Below are positions 19,630-30,060 of a stretch of DNA of 64,000 bases, piece after piece. Numbering within the stretch: position 1 is the first letter of the stretch; each line of letters starts with the position of its first letter. The position numbers were made by a program, and so were the translations under genes. The stretch comes from an uncultured Actinomycetes bacterium (GTDB taxonomy: Bacteria > Actinomycetota > UBA4738 > HRBIN12). The notes under the pieces are model-generated. The model searched no databases. It was not told where the DNA came from and worked only from the letters and a program-made list of their open reading frames with translations. The DNA lies in assembly GCA_963777495.1 (NCBI GenBank), contig CAVZQM010000001.1, positions 195,537 to 259,536 of the forward strand, read 5' to 3'.

Positions 19630-20625
19630 ATGACATCGCCGGCCCGCACCATGGAGTCCCGTCGGACCGCCGGCATCCTGGCCGTGTCGGCCACGACCGT
19701 GGTGTGGGGCGTTGCCCCGCTGATCCTCAAGCAGATGCACATGCCGGTGCTGACGTTCGCCGCCTACCGCCTCTGGGCGGGGGTGGCGATCTTCGCGGTG
19801 GTGTTCGTGGTCACGGGACACCGGCTGACATTGGCGACGCTGCGGACGTGCGCGCTCGGCGGCGTCTTCTTCACCGCCGACGTCGCGTGTAGCTTCCTGG
19901 CGTTCCGGCTGACGAGCGTGGCCGACGCCACGATCATCGGTGCGTTGGCGCCGGTCTGCATCATGATCGGTGCCGGCCGATGGTTCGGGGAGCGCGTCGG
20001 GCGCGGCGATCTCGTGTTCGTGGGGCTTTCGCTCGTCGGCGTCGTGCTCGTGACGATCGGCTCCGCGGGGTCGCCGTCGTTCGGGGTCTGGGGCGAGATC
20101 TTCGCCGTGATCGGTGTCCTGACGTGGACCGGGCTACTGGCTCTTCTCGAAGAAGGCGCGCGCGACCGTCGGCGCCTTCGAGTACATCGCGCACGTCGTC
20201 CTGATCGCGGCGATGCTGATGACGGTCGTCGCGCTCGTCTCGGGGAGGGGCTGTCGCCGCCGATCGCACGCGGTCGACTGGTTGTGGATCTGGTCGCTGG
20301 CCCTCGGCGCGGGGGCGATCGGCCACGTGCTGCTCGCGTGGTCGCACGGACACGTCGAGGCCTGGTTGGGCTCGTTGATCACGCAGTCCATGCCGGTGGT
20401 CAGCTCGATCGCCGCGTGGGTGTTGCTCGACGAGTCGCTCACGCCGCTCACGATCGCTGGGCGGGGTCATCGTGCTCGGCGGCCACCGCGGCCGATCCTG
20501 GTGCGGTCGCGGACGGCGACCGCGGACGACCCGTTCGACGCGCCGGAGACCCCCGCCCCTGCGGGCTGAAGGCCGATCGACCGCCGCTTCGTTCAGCCGA
20601 CGCCGGCAGCGGTCTCGGCCTGTGA
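19630..20625 (+). CDS. EamA/DMT-family transporter (frameshifted in this assembly)
   Basis: N-terminal EamA repeat is in the 331-aa ORF; the second repeat (…YWLFSKKARATVGAFEYIAHVV…) is in a +1 frame from about 20130, with a further shift near 20460. Confidence 0.6.
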   Translation: MTSPARTMESRRTAGILAVSATTVVWGVAPLILKQMHMPVLTFAAYRLWAGVAIFAVVFVVTGHRLTLATLRTCALGGVFFTADVACSFLAFRLTSVADATIIGALAPVCIMIGAGRWFGERVGRGDLVFVGLSLVGVVLVTIGSAGSPSFGVWGEIFAVIGVLTWTGLLALLEEGARDRRRLRVHRARRPDRGDADDGRRARLGEGLSPPIARGRLVVDLVAGPRRGGDRPRAARVVARTRRGLVGLVDHAVHAGGQLDRRVGVARRVAHAAHDRWAGSSCSAATAADPGAVADGDRGRPVRRAGDPRPCGLKADRPPLRSADAGSGLGL

Positions 20626-21583
20626 CGCGCACGATGACGCGCCGCCGCCGTCGGCCACCTCCAGCCACCGCGTCAGGATCGGCGCGATGAGGTTCGCCAT
20701 CAGATCCTCGTTGCCGGGCGCCGGATGCACGCCGTCCGGTGACAGGTCGTCGTCGCTGACGAACGAGTCCCAATCGGCGACGACGGCGTTCGGGTACTGC
20801 GACACCAGCCCGTGGATGTGGATGTTCACGCCCGGGACGTTCTCCAAGGGACCGTGCGCCGTCTGCCACACGACCAACGGCACGTGGTCGAGCGTGTCCA
20901 GCAGGGTCACGCCGTTCTCGCGGAACGCCACCGGGTCCGCATCGTTCGTTCCGAGCTCGAGGACCACGACATCGGGACGGACGGCCGCCTGCGGCTGCGG
21001 CCGCGGTCAGCGCGGAGTTCGTCCCGCGACCGATGATCGCGTCGAAGCCGATCGTCCCATCCAGGGAGGGCCTCGAGGATCGACGGCTCGGCTCCGTCGG
21101 CGATGGAGTCGCCGATCACGAACGCCGTCGGCGGATCGCTCGCGCCCAGGCGCGGGAGACGGAGCCATCGTTCGACCGTGTCGTCGCGCGCCACGTAGAG
21201 GGTCTTCGTCGTCGCCCGGGCACGCCGAAGACCTGCATGTCTCCGCCGTCGCCGAGCGGGAAGGCGTCGGTCGGCAACGCGTCCATCGGGGTGGCCCACC
21301 GTTCGCCGATGAAGCGCTCGGCCCGACGCGATCCGGCACCGATCTCGATCACGACCGGCTCGTCGGGGGAGCAGCGGAAGCCCATCAGGCGCTCGGGAGG
21401 GACGCATCCGTCGTCGCGGAACAGCATCAGCGCCTGCGGCGGTGCGAGCTCGCCGGCCACCGGGCAGCCGGCGATACCGAGCGCGGGTGGGGACTGCGGG
21501 GGAGGCGGAGACGGGACGGCGCCCGTCGCGAGCGAGCACGAAACGGCCGCGAACGCGAACAGGGACGCGAGCGTGCGTCTCAC
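20593..21583 (-). CDS. secreted SGNH/GDSL hydrolase (frameshifted in this assembly)
   Basis: Signal peptide (MRRTLASLFAFAAVSCSLA), GDS block I (AFVIGDSIADG), block II (LGTND) and block V (DGVHP) lie in three different frames across about 1 kb. Confidence 0.65.
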
Positions 21584-21701
21584 GCGGTCACTGTATCGGG
21601 AGGAACGCGGGAACCCGGACCGAGCCCAGGGTGCCGGGGGTGTGGCGCACCGGAAGCACCTCGGGCCCGGTCCGAGCTCCTTCGACCGCTGATCGTCCGG
21701 G

Positions 21702-21933
21702 TCAGGCCCGGTCGATCATGCGGACGTCGTGCTCGAGACGTTCGGAAGGCGTGTCGAGCGCGTTCGCCGTCCGAGTGAGCGCCGCGGACATCGCCCGCAA
21801 CGCCCCAGCCGCCATGCGTCCCGAACGGCTCGGCGGACGTGGACCGCTCGCGACGGGCGATCTCGGTCGCCCGGCGGAGCTCCTGCTCACGCATCCGCTG
21901 TTCGTCCGTTCGGAACGTCGGGGTCTGGACCAT
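21702..21933 (-). CDS. small hypothetical protein (probably frameshifted)
   Basis: ATG 21933 preceded by RBS AAGGAGGTGA; N-terminal MVQTPTFRTDEQRMREQELRRATEIARRER continues best in another frame to …LEHDVRMIDRA; divergent from marR. Confidence 0.3.
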
Positions 21934-21984
21934 CTCGCGCTCACCTCCTTCCCAGGTGCTGGACACCGGATATCGGTGCCCGTG

Positions 21985-22027
21985 ATATCTTGACGTGAAG
22001 ATACTTGACGTGTAGCTTGATGTCAAG
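21985..22027. promoter_or_regulatory. candidate MarR operator/promoter: three CTTGA(C/T)GT repeats
   Basis: atatCTTGACGTGaa-gataCTTGACGTGtag-CTTGATGTCAAG lies 45 nt upstream of marR; the last copy is a 12-bp near-palindrome; TTGACG resembles a -35 element. Confidence 0.35.
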
Positions 22028-22073
22028 CAAACCGAATCCTGAAGTTTCTCGACATCGAAAGGAGCGACCGACG

Positions 22074-22602
22074 ATGGGAACGAAGGATTCGATCGACGAG
22101 TTCTTGGAGCGTGCGTGCAGGATCTTCCCCCGCCTCGATCCGGAGGTCGAAGGGGCCGTCGATCGGATCTGCAAGTTGAACAAGCGGTTCGACACCATGT
22201 TGGAGCACGCCGTGGAGGAGTTCGGGCTCAACAAGGGGGAGTTCAAGGTCCTCATCACGCTGCGGCAGCACAACGACGAGTTCACGATGTCCCCCGGCGA
22301 GCTCGGTGACGAGCTCCTGCTGAGTCGGGCGCCATGACGAATCGCCTCGATCGCTGGAGGCCGCCGGCTTCATCGCCCGCGAGCCCGACCCGGACGACCG
22401 TCGGGGGCTGATCGTCCGGCTCACCCCCGCCGGTCTGGACAAGATCGATGAAGCCGTCAATGCGGCGGCACACAACGAGTTCGCGGTCGTGTCGGTGTTG
22501 ACGCCGGCGGAGCAGAAGCGACTGAACTCGCTGCTGCGCAAGCTGATGCTCTCGTTCGAGTCCAAGCCGCTGGCGTTGGCCGCGGCCGGAGGCCACGCCT
22601 AG
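22074..22602 (+). CDS. MarR family transcriptional regulator (two single-base frameshifts in this assembly)
   Basis: RBS AAAGGAG; wHTH core …ELLLSR-GAMTNRLDR-LEAAGFIAREPDPDDRR… is recoverable only by adding one base at about 22332 and one at about 22358. Confidence 0.75.
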
Positions 22603-23661
22603 GCGACGGACGTCGCCGTTGCGTCACCGCCGGGGAGCGCGTACCGCGCGGCGACGCGCTCCACGAACGCCCCGAACCGCTCCGCCAGCGCGCCGCTGCG
22701 GATGTGCAGGACGTTCTCCGCGTTCTCCTCACCGCCGTGCGACAGGTTGTAGCTGCCGGTGAGCACGTGCCCGTCTGCCACCACCACCTTCGCGTGCATG
22801 TAGTCGTGCACGCCGCCCGAAGCGCTCCACGGCGTCGAGACCTTGCCCGAGAGGCGCGGGCGGATCGCCTCCCAGGCTGCGATCTTCCACCGGTTCGGAG
22901 GCCATCCCTCCCATTGACCGACCACCTGCCGCATCTGCGTGGCGTCGTATGCACCCACCAGATCGAACGACGCACGCCCGGCGAGCTCGGCGAGCGTTCC
23001 GAGCACCGCGCCGGACGTGATCACCGGCGAGAGGATCCGCACGCGATGCTCGGCCGCGCCGATGCGTTCCGCGGTGCGGTGCGCCAGGGACGGACCGCGT
23101 GGGGAGAACAGCGGCTGCACCTCGACGCCCCGCTCCAGCGTCGCGGATGCACCCTCGCCGCCGCTCGATTCGAGCCGGCCTTTCGCCCACAGCTGTTCGA
23201 AGTTCCGGGCGTACGCGTCCGCGACGTCGGGATGACGCCACCCGCACGATCACGTTCTCTTCCCGCGAGAACGCGTCGTCGGTCCAGTTCGTCGATCCGG
23301 TCCACACGTCGGCACCATCGCGCACCACGTACTTGTGGTGCATGAGCGCGCCCTGATCGTGGATCCCCTTCGTCGGGACCTCGAGGCCGTCGATCGCCTC
23401 CGGATCGCCGATCATCGGCGGGTTGTGCGTGGCGTCGGCCTCACGTTCCTGATTGAACGCGACGCGGACCCGGATCCCACGCGCCAGGGCGGCCTCCAGG
23501 GCGTCGGCGATCCGCACCGTCGCTCCGGCGCGCGCGTCGAAGTCGTAGATCGCGACATCGAGCGCGGTCGTCGCCTCGCCGATGAACGTCACGAGCCGGT
23601 CCGCGACCTCGGCGGCGGACTGTGCCCCGTCCTCCAGGAAGTCGGCCTCGACGCCCGTCAC
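22599..23661 (-). CDS. phospholipase D-like protein with two HKD motifs (one frameshift)
   Basis: HHKYVVRDG...GSTNWT and HAKVVVADG...GSYNLS HxK(x)4D motifs; frames switch near 23240; GTG start at 23661 overlaps the TGA of the upstream LOG gene (GTGA). Confidence 0.75.
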
Positions 23662-24374
23662 TCGCCGACCATCTCGCGTCCGTCCAGGTCGTGGTCGCAC
23701 GTGTGCTCGTAGCACGCGACCACGGTCCGCACCGCCACCTCCGGGTCGTCGGTGACGGATACCAGGCGGAGGTCGTCCTCGGCGATCAGGTCCTGGTGCA
23801 ACAGATCGCCTCTCCACCATGTGAGCTGCGGCGCCCAGTGGTCGCTGCCGAAGAGCACGATCGGGAAGTGGCGGATCACGCCGGTCTGGATCAGCGTGAG
23901 CGATTCGTAGAGCTCGTCGAGCGTGCCGAAGCCGCCGGGGAACACGATGAAGCCCTCCGCGGCCTTCACGAACATCGTCTTTCGGGCGTAGAAGTGCGAG
24001 AACTCGAGCGCGATATCCAGGTAGCCGTTGTCGCCCTGCTCGTGGGGCAGGCGGATGTTGAATCCCACCGAGAGACCACCGGCCTCGCGGCACCCGCGGT
24101 TCGCGGCTTCCATGACGCCGGGGCCGCCGCCGGTGACGACCGCCCATCCGCGCTCCGCGAATGCCCGGCCGGTGGCCGTGGCGAGCGCGTACGAGGCGTC
24201 GGCATGGTGGGTGCGGGCGGAGCCGAAGATCGAGACGGCAGGGCGGTCGATGCGGTTCACGGTCTCGAACCCGAGCCGGAACTCCTCGGCGATGCCCGCG
24301 ACCTGGCGGCCGATCTTGCCGTCACGTTGCAGGATCTCGCGATCGTCCACGCGCTCAGTGTGGTGTCGGGTCAC
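23658..24374 (-). CDS. LOG family protein (TIGR00730; nucleotide/cytokinin-riboside-5'-monophosphate phosphoribohydrolase-like)
   Basis: VSIFGSAR, GGGPGVMEAANRG, PGGFGTLDEL motifs; start uncertain (GTG 24374 chosen). Confidence 0.8.
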   Translation of the reverse strand: MTRHHTERVDDREILQRDGKIGRQVAGIAEEFRLGFETVNRIDRPAVSIFGSARTHHADASYALATATGRAFAERGWAVVTGGGPGVMEAANRGCREAGGLSVGFNIRLPHEQGDNGYLDIALEFSHFYARKTMFVKAAEGFIVFPGGFGTLDELYESLTLIQTGVIRHFPIVLFGSDHWAPQLTWWRGDLLHQDLIAEDDLRLVSVTDDPEVAVRTVVACYEHTCDHDLDGREMVGE

Positions 24375-24586
24375 GCGAGCGACAAACGTGTCGTCACCTT
24401 CACCCGGAGATGCGCGAAGGCCCGCGGGGACCGCGGGCCTTCGGCCTTGAGCAATGGAGGATGTCGGAGCTTCCGTCTCTCGACGTGGGCTGGGGCACCC
24501 GTCCCCCGAGTATCGCACCGAGCGGTCGTCCGGTCCCTAGGCCGAACGTCCCGACGTGGAGCGACCAAGGTCGAGCATCCTTCGGT

Positions 24587-26167
24587 GGTACGTTCGGCCT
24601 CGGTGGAGCGCTCCTCACGATCGTCGACGTTCGCGATCGCCGGCTTCGTCGTCGCCGTCGTGGCCACCGCGCTGGTCGCGTCGATCCCCGGATCTCCCCT
24701 CCATCCGGTGATGCCGCCGGGCGTGGAGCCGGAAGGGCCGTTCCGTTGGCTCGCCGGCCGGCTCGGCATCGACGGGCTCCGGGGGTCGGCGACGGTCGCG
24801 GCATCCGTGGCCGCGCTGCTCGGCGCGGTCGTCTCGTTCGTCTTCGTCGTGCGGGCCGCGTGGCGCGGGGAGGTCTCCCTGCGGACCGCGCTGTTCCTGA
24901 CCGTGGGGGCCCACGCGGTCGTCATCGTCCTGCCCTTGCTCGTTTCGCGCGACGTGTACTCCTACATCGCGTACGGGAACATCGCCGGCCTGCACCACGC
25001 GAACCCGTACATCCAGACGCCGATCGACTTCCCGAACGACGCCGTGTCGAGCCTGGTGGGTCCCGCCTGGTTCTCGACCCCGGCCGTCTACGGACCGTTG
25101 TTCACCGGGTTCGCGTCGCTCGTCGTGAGGGCGGTCGACTCGGTGCAGGCGCAGGTGGAGGTCTTCCGGTGGACGGCGCTCTGCGCCAGTCTCGGCACGG
25201 TGGCCGTGATCGCGACGACGGTGCGGCGCGCCAAGCCGTCGCGCGCGGCGTTCGCGGTCGCGGCGTTCGGCATGAACCCGGTGGTGCTGTTCTCGTCGGT
25301 GGGAAGCGGCCACAACGATCTCCTGGTCGCGTTCCTGGTCGCCGTGGCGCTGGCGCTCCTGCTGGCCGGACGCGACCGGTTCGCGGTGGTCGCGCTCACG
25401 CTCGGCCACGGCCGTGAAGGTCGTCGCCGGGCTTCCGCTGCTCCTGCTGGTCGTGTGGTGCACGGCCCGCGCGCCGGCCGGTCGGAGGCTCCGCACGTTC
25501 GTCACACACGCGGGGCTGGCGGCGGCGATCTGGTTGGTGTGCGCCGCGCCGTTCCTGAACCTCCACGATCCATCGCTCGGGATGTTCGAGCTCGCCGGTC
25601 ACGAGGGATGGCTCGCGCCCTCGCGCTTCTTCCGCCGGCTCGTGGATGCGGTTTCCGGCGACACCGCTCGGCGTCGTCGCACGGATCGCGTTCGCCGTGG
25701 TGTTGCTCACGATGGTCGTGCTGCTGGTGCGCGAGGTGTGGCGACGTGCGGAGCGAACCGCCGATCGTCGCGTCTCGGCGTCGTCACTCGCCGCCGCCTG
25801 GGGCTGGTCGCTGCTGTTCCTGATGCTGCTCGGTCCCACCCTCCTCCCCTGGTACGTCACGTGGGCGCTGCCGCTGGTCTGGTTGCTTCCCCGCGTCCCA
25901 CGGGTGGTTCTCCTGGGCACGTCGGTCGCGCTGGGGGTCTCGCAGTGGACGGCGGAGCCGCTGCGGTTCCGGAGCGCGTACGACGTGAACCTACTGATCG
26001 GGCACTACGTGATCACGCCGGTCGTGATCGTGCTCGCCGCCTGGCTGCTCATCGACGGATGGCGACGGTGGCGGGATGGTCGCGGGCCGCAGGATGAGCA
26101 GGACGTAGCCGATCCCGCCGGCCAGCAGGGCGCAGATCGTCGGGCCTACGCTGCCGGAGAGCGGTAA
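24587..26167 (+). CDS. polytopic membrane glycosyltransferase-like protein (GT87/DUF2029-like; frameshifted)
   Basis: More than 10 TM helices; conserved …LLVSRDVYSYIAYG… and …LLPWYVTWALPLVWLL… segments; product spread over three frames (shifts near 25400 and 25660). Confidence 0.5.
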
Positions 26168-26367
26168 CCCGAGCGGCTCCGACGCGACCCCGGCGATCGC
26201 GAGGACCGCGACGCCCACGGCGGGGGCGACCGCGACGGCGGCCGGCAGATCGAGCCCGGCCCATCGCGTCCAGCCGAACCCGGCGGCGCCGGCGAGCAGC
26301 AGCAGGACCACGGACGCCAGCACGACCTGGGACGGCGACGACGGTTCGAGCGGCTCGCGTGCGGCGC

Positions 26368-27912
26368 TCAGGGCGCGAGGGACCCGGGATCGTCGTGTAC
26401 ACGCCGCGGCGACCACCGCACCAACCGCGGATCGGCCGTGGCGTCCGGGGTCCGGTCGAACGGCGACAGGACGAACGCGACGGGGGGGCGGTCGGGATCG
26501 CTCGGGATGTCGGCCAGGTACAGGCGCGACATGGCGTCGTACTCCTCGTTGCCGCGGATCGTGGGCTCGCCGGCCAGGAAGTTCGCCGGGGTGCCGATGT
26601 AGATGCACACGTCGCCGGCGCGATCCGGGGGAACGGCGGCGCGGATCACGTTCGCGGCGCGCGTCGCCAGGAACGACGCGGTCGCATCGTCGTCGTCCAC
26701 GATGAACACGAGCGGCGTGCCCGGGGGCGGTGACCGCGTCGGCGATCTGCCCCGCGGTCGTGCGCTCGTTCGACCTCGAGTGGAGCGATGAACGGTGCCT
26801 GGCGGCTCCACGCGATGAGCGCGCCCGAGGCCATCAGTCCGACGAGCACCGCCGCGGAGAGCATCGCGAGCCAGACCCGGCGTTCGAGCCAGAGCCACAC
26901 GGCGACCACACCGACGCCCGCGAGCGCCGGGACGGAGAACCCGAACGTGATGAGCCGGTCCGCCGGGAACCATCCGGTGGCGAGTCCGACGGGCGCACCG
27001 ATCACGACGAGCGCGGTCCATGCGACCAGTACGCGGCGCGCGAACCCGCTGGTCCGCGTCGATCCGAGCGCCGCCAGCGGGAGGGCGAGCCACTGGACGT
27101 ACCGCGTCCATCGGTCGATCGCCCGCTCGAGGTACGCGTGCCGGACGGCGTCGGTCATGCCCGCCCGGCGGAGGAAGCCGTCCCTCGAGGTGTCGACGAC
27201 CAGGCGGGCCGGACCGATCGCCATCGCCAGCAGTCCGCCGCCGACGATCCCGCCTCCGCCGAGGGCGGCCGACGTCACCCGTCCGGCGTCCGCGCTCCAC
27301 CCGCGTTCGCCCCGGGCGAGCGACCACACCGCGACGCCGGCCAGCACGAGGGCTCCGATCACGAAGAACTGCGGGTGTGCCAGTCCGCCGCCGCCGAGCG
27401 CGAGGGCGGCCACGATCGTCCCCCGACGGGCGCCGGTCGCCAGGCAGACCGCGGCCGCGATGAACGGCGCGGCGAACGCCAGGTTCGCGAGGTAGCCCGC
27501 GGCCAGGTGCACCGTGAACAGGCCGGCGAGCAGGCCCGCGAGCACCCAGGCCGCTCGGGCCACGCGGCGTTCGCCGGCCATGGCGCCTGCCGCGCGGACG
27601 AGGATCGGCGGATCCCGCGCCGATCGCCGCGCCGAACGCCGCCTCGAAGCCGGCGGTGACGGCGGCGACGGGCAGGTGCGTGGCCCCGGTCAAGACGGCG
27701 AAGAGCGCGGGACTCCCCGGTCGCTCACCGACGAGCGAGAGTCCCTGCGAAGCGGCCGACGCGCGTCCACCACAGGTAGACGGGGATGTCGGGGCCCAGT
27801 CCGAAGCGGAACCCGTGACGGACGAACGGCGCCAGCAGCACGCCCAGGACGACGAGCGAGAGCGCCCCCAGCCACGCGAGGTCGGTGCCCGTCCGGGCGC
27901 GGCCCTCTTCGT
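26368..27912 (-). CDS. large integral membrane protein with C-terminal soluble domain (heavily frameshifted)
   Basis: Hydrophobic multi-TM core (311-aa ORF) plus a C-terminal segment …PLVFIVDDDDATASFLATRAANVIRA… in another frame; N-terminal limit uncertain (in-frame TAG at 27910-27912). Confidence 0.35.
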   Translation of the reverse strand, partial: TKRAAPGRAPTSRGWGRSRSSSWACCWRRSSVTGSASDWAPTSPSTCGGRASAASQGLSLVGERPGSPALFAVLTGATHLPVAAVTAGFEAAFGAAIGAGSADPRPRGRRHGRRTPRGPSGLGARGPARRPVHGAPGRGLPREPGVRRAVHRGRGLPGDRRPSGDDRGRPRARRRRTGTPAVLRDRSPRAGRRRGVVARPGRTRVERGRRTGDVGRPRRRRDRRRRTAGDGDRSGPPGRRHLEGRLPPPGGHDRRRPARVPRAGDRPMDAVRPVARPPAGGARIDADQRVRAPRTGRMDRARRDRCARRTRHRMVPGGPAHHVRVLRPGARGRRCGRRVALARTPGLARDALRGGARRTDGLGRAHRVEPPGTVHRSTRGRTSARPRGRSPTRSPPPGTPLVFIVDDDDATASFLATRAANVIRAAVPPDRAGDVCIYIGTPANFLAGEPTIRGNEEYDAMSRLYLADIPSDPDRPPVAFVLSPFDRTPDATADPRLVRWSPRRVHDDPGSLAP

Positions 27913-28548
27913 CCGTCGTCTACTCCGTGGCGTTGAACGTGCCCGTGGCGTCGACGATGGTCGCGCCGGACGTCGTCCGTCACGCCGAGGCAGGAGAACG
28001 TTCCACTCGAAGCTGTCGGTCTCCGCCGTCGTCACGGTGACATCGCATCCGCCGTCGGTCGAGGAGAACGACGCGGTCCCCGACGCCGAGCGGATCGAGA
28101 ACGAGAGCCGCAGAGACGCCGACGTCACCTGCGTGCCGACGAACGTCGGACCACCCAGCGCGAACCCGGCCCCGTCCGTCGACCACGCGAGCGTGAACGA
28201 GCCGGGCGCCGGCGCGTAGATCACGGAGCTCGCCAGCGGGAAGCGTCGGTCTCGGGACGTCTGCAGGCCGCCCGACACGGTGAGGCTCGCGTTCCCCTGC
28301 GTCGACCGAGCCCGTGGCGCCCGGGGACGTCGTGGGCAGCGACCCGGTGCCGCCGGTGATCGTGCCGCCGGTGGGTCCTGTCACGATGGGTCCGGTCACC
28401 GGAGCCGACGACGGGGCGACCGGTGACACGTTGCCCGTCGGGGATGCCTCGGGAGGTGGACCGAGCGACTCCAGCGCCGGTCCGCCGCCGCGCACGCCAC
28501 GAGCAGGACGAGCGCCGACGCCGACGCGATGGTGAGGTTCCGACGCAC
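27910..28548 (-). CDS. putative lipoprotein with beta-rich extracytoplasmic domain (frameshifted)
   Basis: GTG 28548 with RBS GAAGGGAG; lipobox LLVAC; Gly/Thr/Pro linker; domain …LTVSGGLQTSRDRRFPLASSVIYAPAPGSFTLAWSTDG…; two homopolymer frameshifts. Confidence 0.4.
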
Positions 28549-28668
28549 GCGTTCGCTCCCTTCGGGACGGCTGACTGTACCCCAGCGCTCGGGGCTACCG
28601 ACCCGCGGACCGTCCTCGACGGTAACCGTCGGCCGGTGTCCGAGAGCCGGCGTTGTAGCCTGACGGCC

Positions 28669-30060
28669 ATGCTCGATCGAGAGCTCGTCGAAGAGGTCCT
28701 CCGTGCGGCGCGTCGGCGCGGTGGTGCGTTCGCGGAGCTGTTCGTCGAGGAGAGACGTCGACGTCGATCCGTCTGGACGACGGCAAGGTCGAGGAGCTCA
28801 CGACCGGGCTCGACCGCGGCGCCGGCGTCCGCGTCTGCCGTGGGCACGTCGTACGGCTACGCGTACTCGAACCGCCTCGATCGCGACGCCCTGCTCGCCG
28901 CCGCCGAGGCCGCGAGCGCCGCGCTCCGCGAGGGCGAGGCCGGGCGACGTCGTCGATCTGCGCGCGATCGTCGGCTCGGTCGTGAACCCCGTCGAGCGTC
29001 CCGCGGAGTCGCTGCCCGGCCGCCGACAAGGTGGCGTGGGTCCGCGAGGCCGACGACGCGGCGCGTGTCGTTCGCCCGGAGGTTCGTCAGGTCATCGGGG
29101 TCTACGGCGACTCGCTCCAGCGCGTGCTGATCGCGACGTCGGACGGGCGGTGGGTCGAGGAGACGCGTCCGCGCATCCGGCTGGTCGCGCAGGTCGTCGC
29201 CGCGCGCGACGGGAACATCCAGACCGGGTTCCACGGGCCGGCGGCGCTGCAGCGGCACCGAGTTCGTCGACGCGCACCCGCCGCGGCGACGGCCGAGGTC
29301 GCGGCGCGGCGCGCCGTCACGATGCTCGACTCGATCCCGGCGCCGGCCGGGGAGATGACGGTCGTGCTCGCGCCCGGCATGGGCGGCGTGCTGTTCCACG
29401 AGGCCGTCGGCCATCCGCTCGAGTCCGACGCGATCGACAAGGAGGCCAGCGTGTACCGCGGGCGGATCGGAGAGCGGTGCGCGTCGGAGCTGATCGACGG
29501 CGTCGACGACGCGACGGTGCCGAACGCGTGGGGCTCGTTCTCGTTCGACGACGAGGGCACGCCGTCGCAGCGGACCGTCGCTGTTCGAGAAGGGCGTGCT
29601 GCAGGGCTTGCTCTACGACCGGCTGCACGCCGACGAAGGACGGCCAGTCGCCGACCGGCAACGGCCGCCGCCAGTCCTACGCGTCGCCGCCGATCCCGCG
29701 GATGACGAACACCTACATCCTGAACGGCACGTCGAAGGCCGACGACATCCTGTCGTCGACCGCGAACGGCGTGTTCGTCACGTCGCTCGGCGGCGGCCAG
29801 ACGAACCCGGCCACCGGCGACTTCGTGTTCGGCGTGCGCCGAGGCGTTCCTGATCGAGGACGGCGCGGTCGACGACGCCCGTCCGCGGCGCGAACCTGAT
29901 CGGCCGCGCGATCGAGGTCATGAGCGCGGTCGACGCGGTCGCCGACGACTTCGACACCTGGCAGGGCGTCTGCGGCAAGGACGGCCAGGCCGTGCCCGTG
30001 GGGAGCGGCTCGCCGACGCTCCGGATCTCGCGGCTCACGGTCGGAGGCACCGGTGCCTGA
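28669..30060 (+). CDS. tldD: TldD family metalloprotease (frameshifted)
   Basis: HEAVGHPLE (HExxxH) motif; conserved N-terminus MLDRELVEEVL…AELFVEER and C-terminus …PIPRMTNTYILNG…GDFVFGV…; at least three frame switches. Confidence 0.8.
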
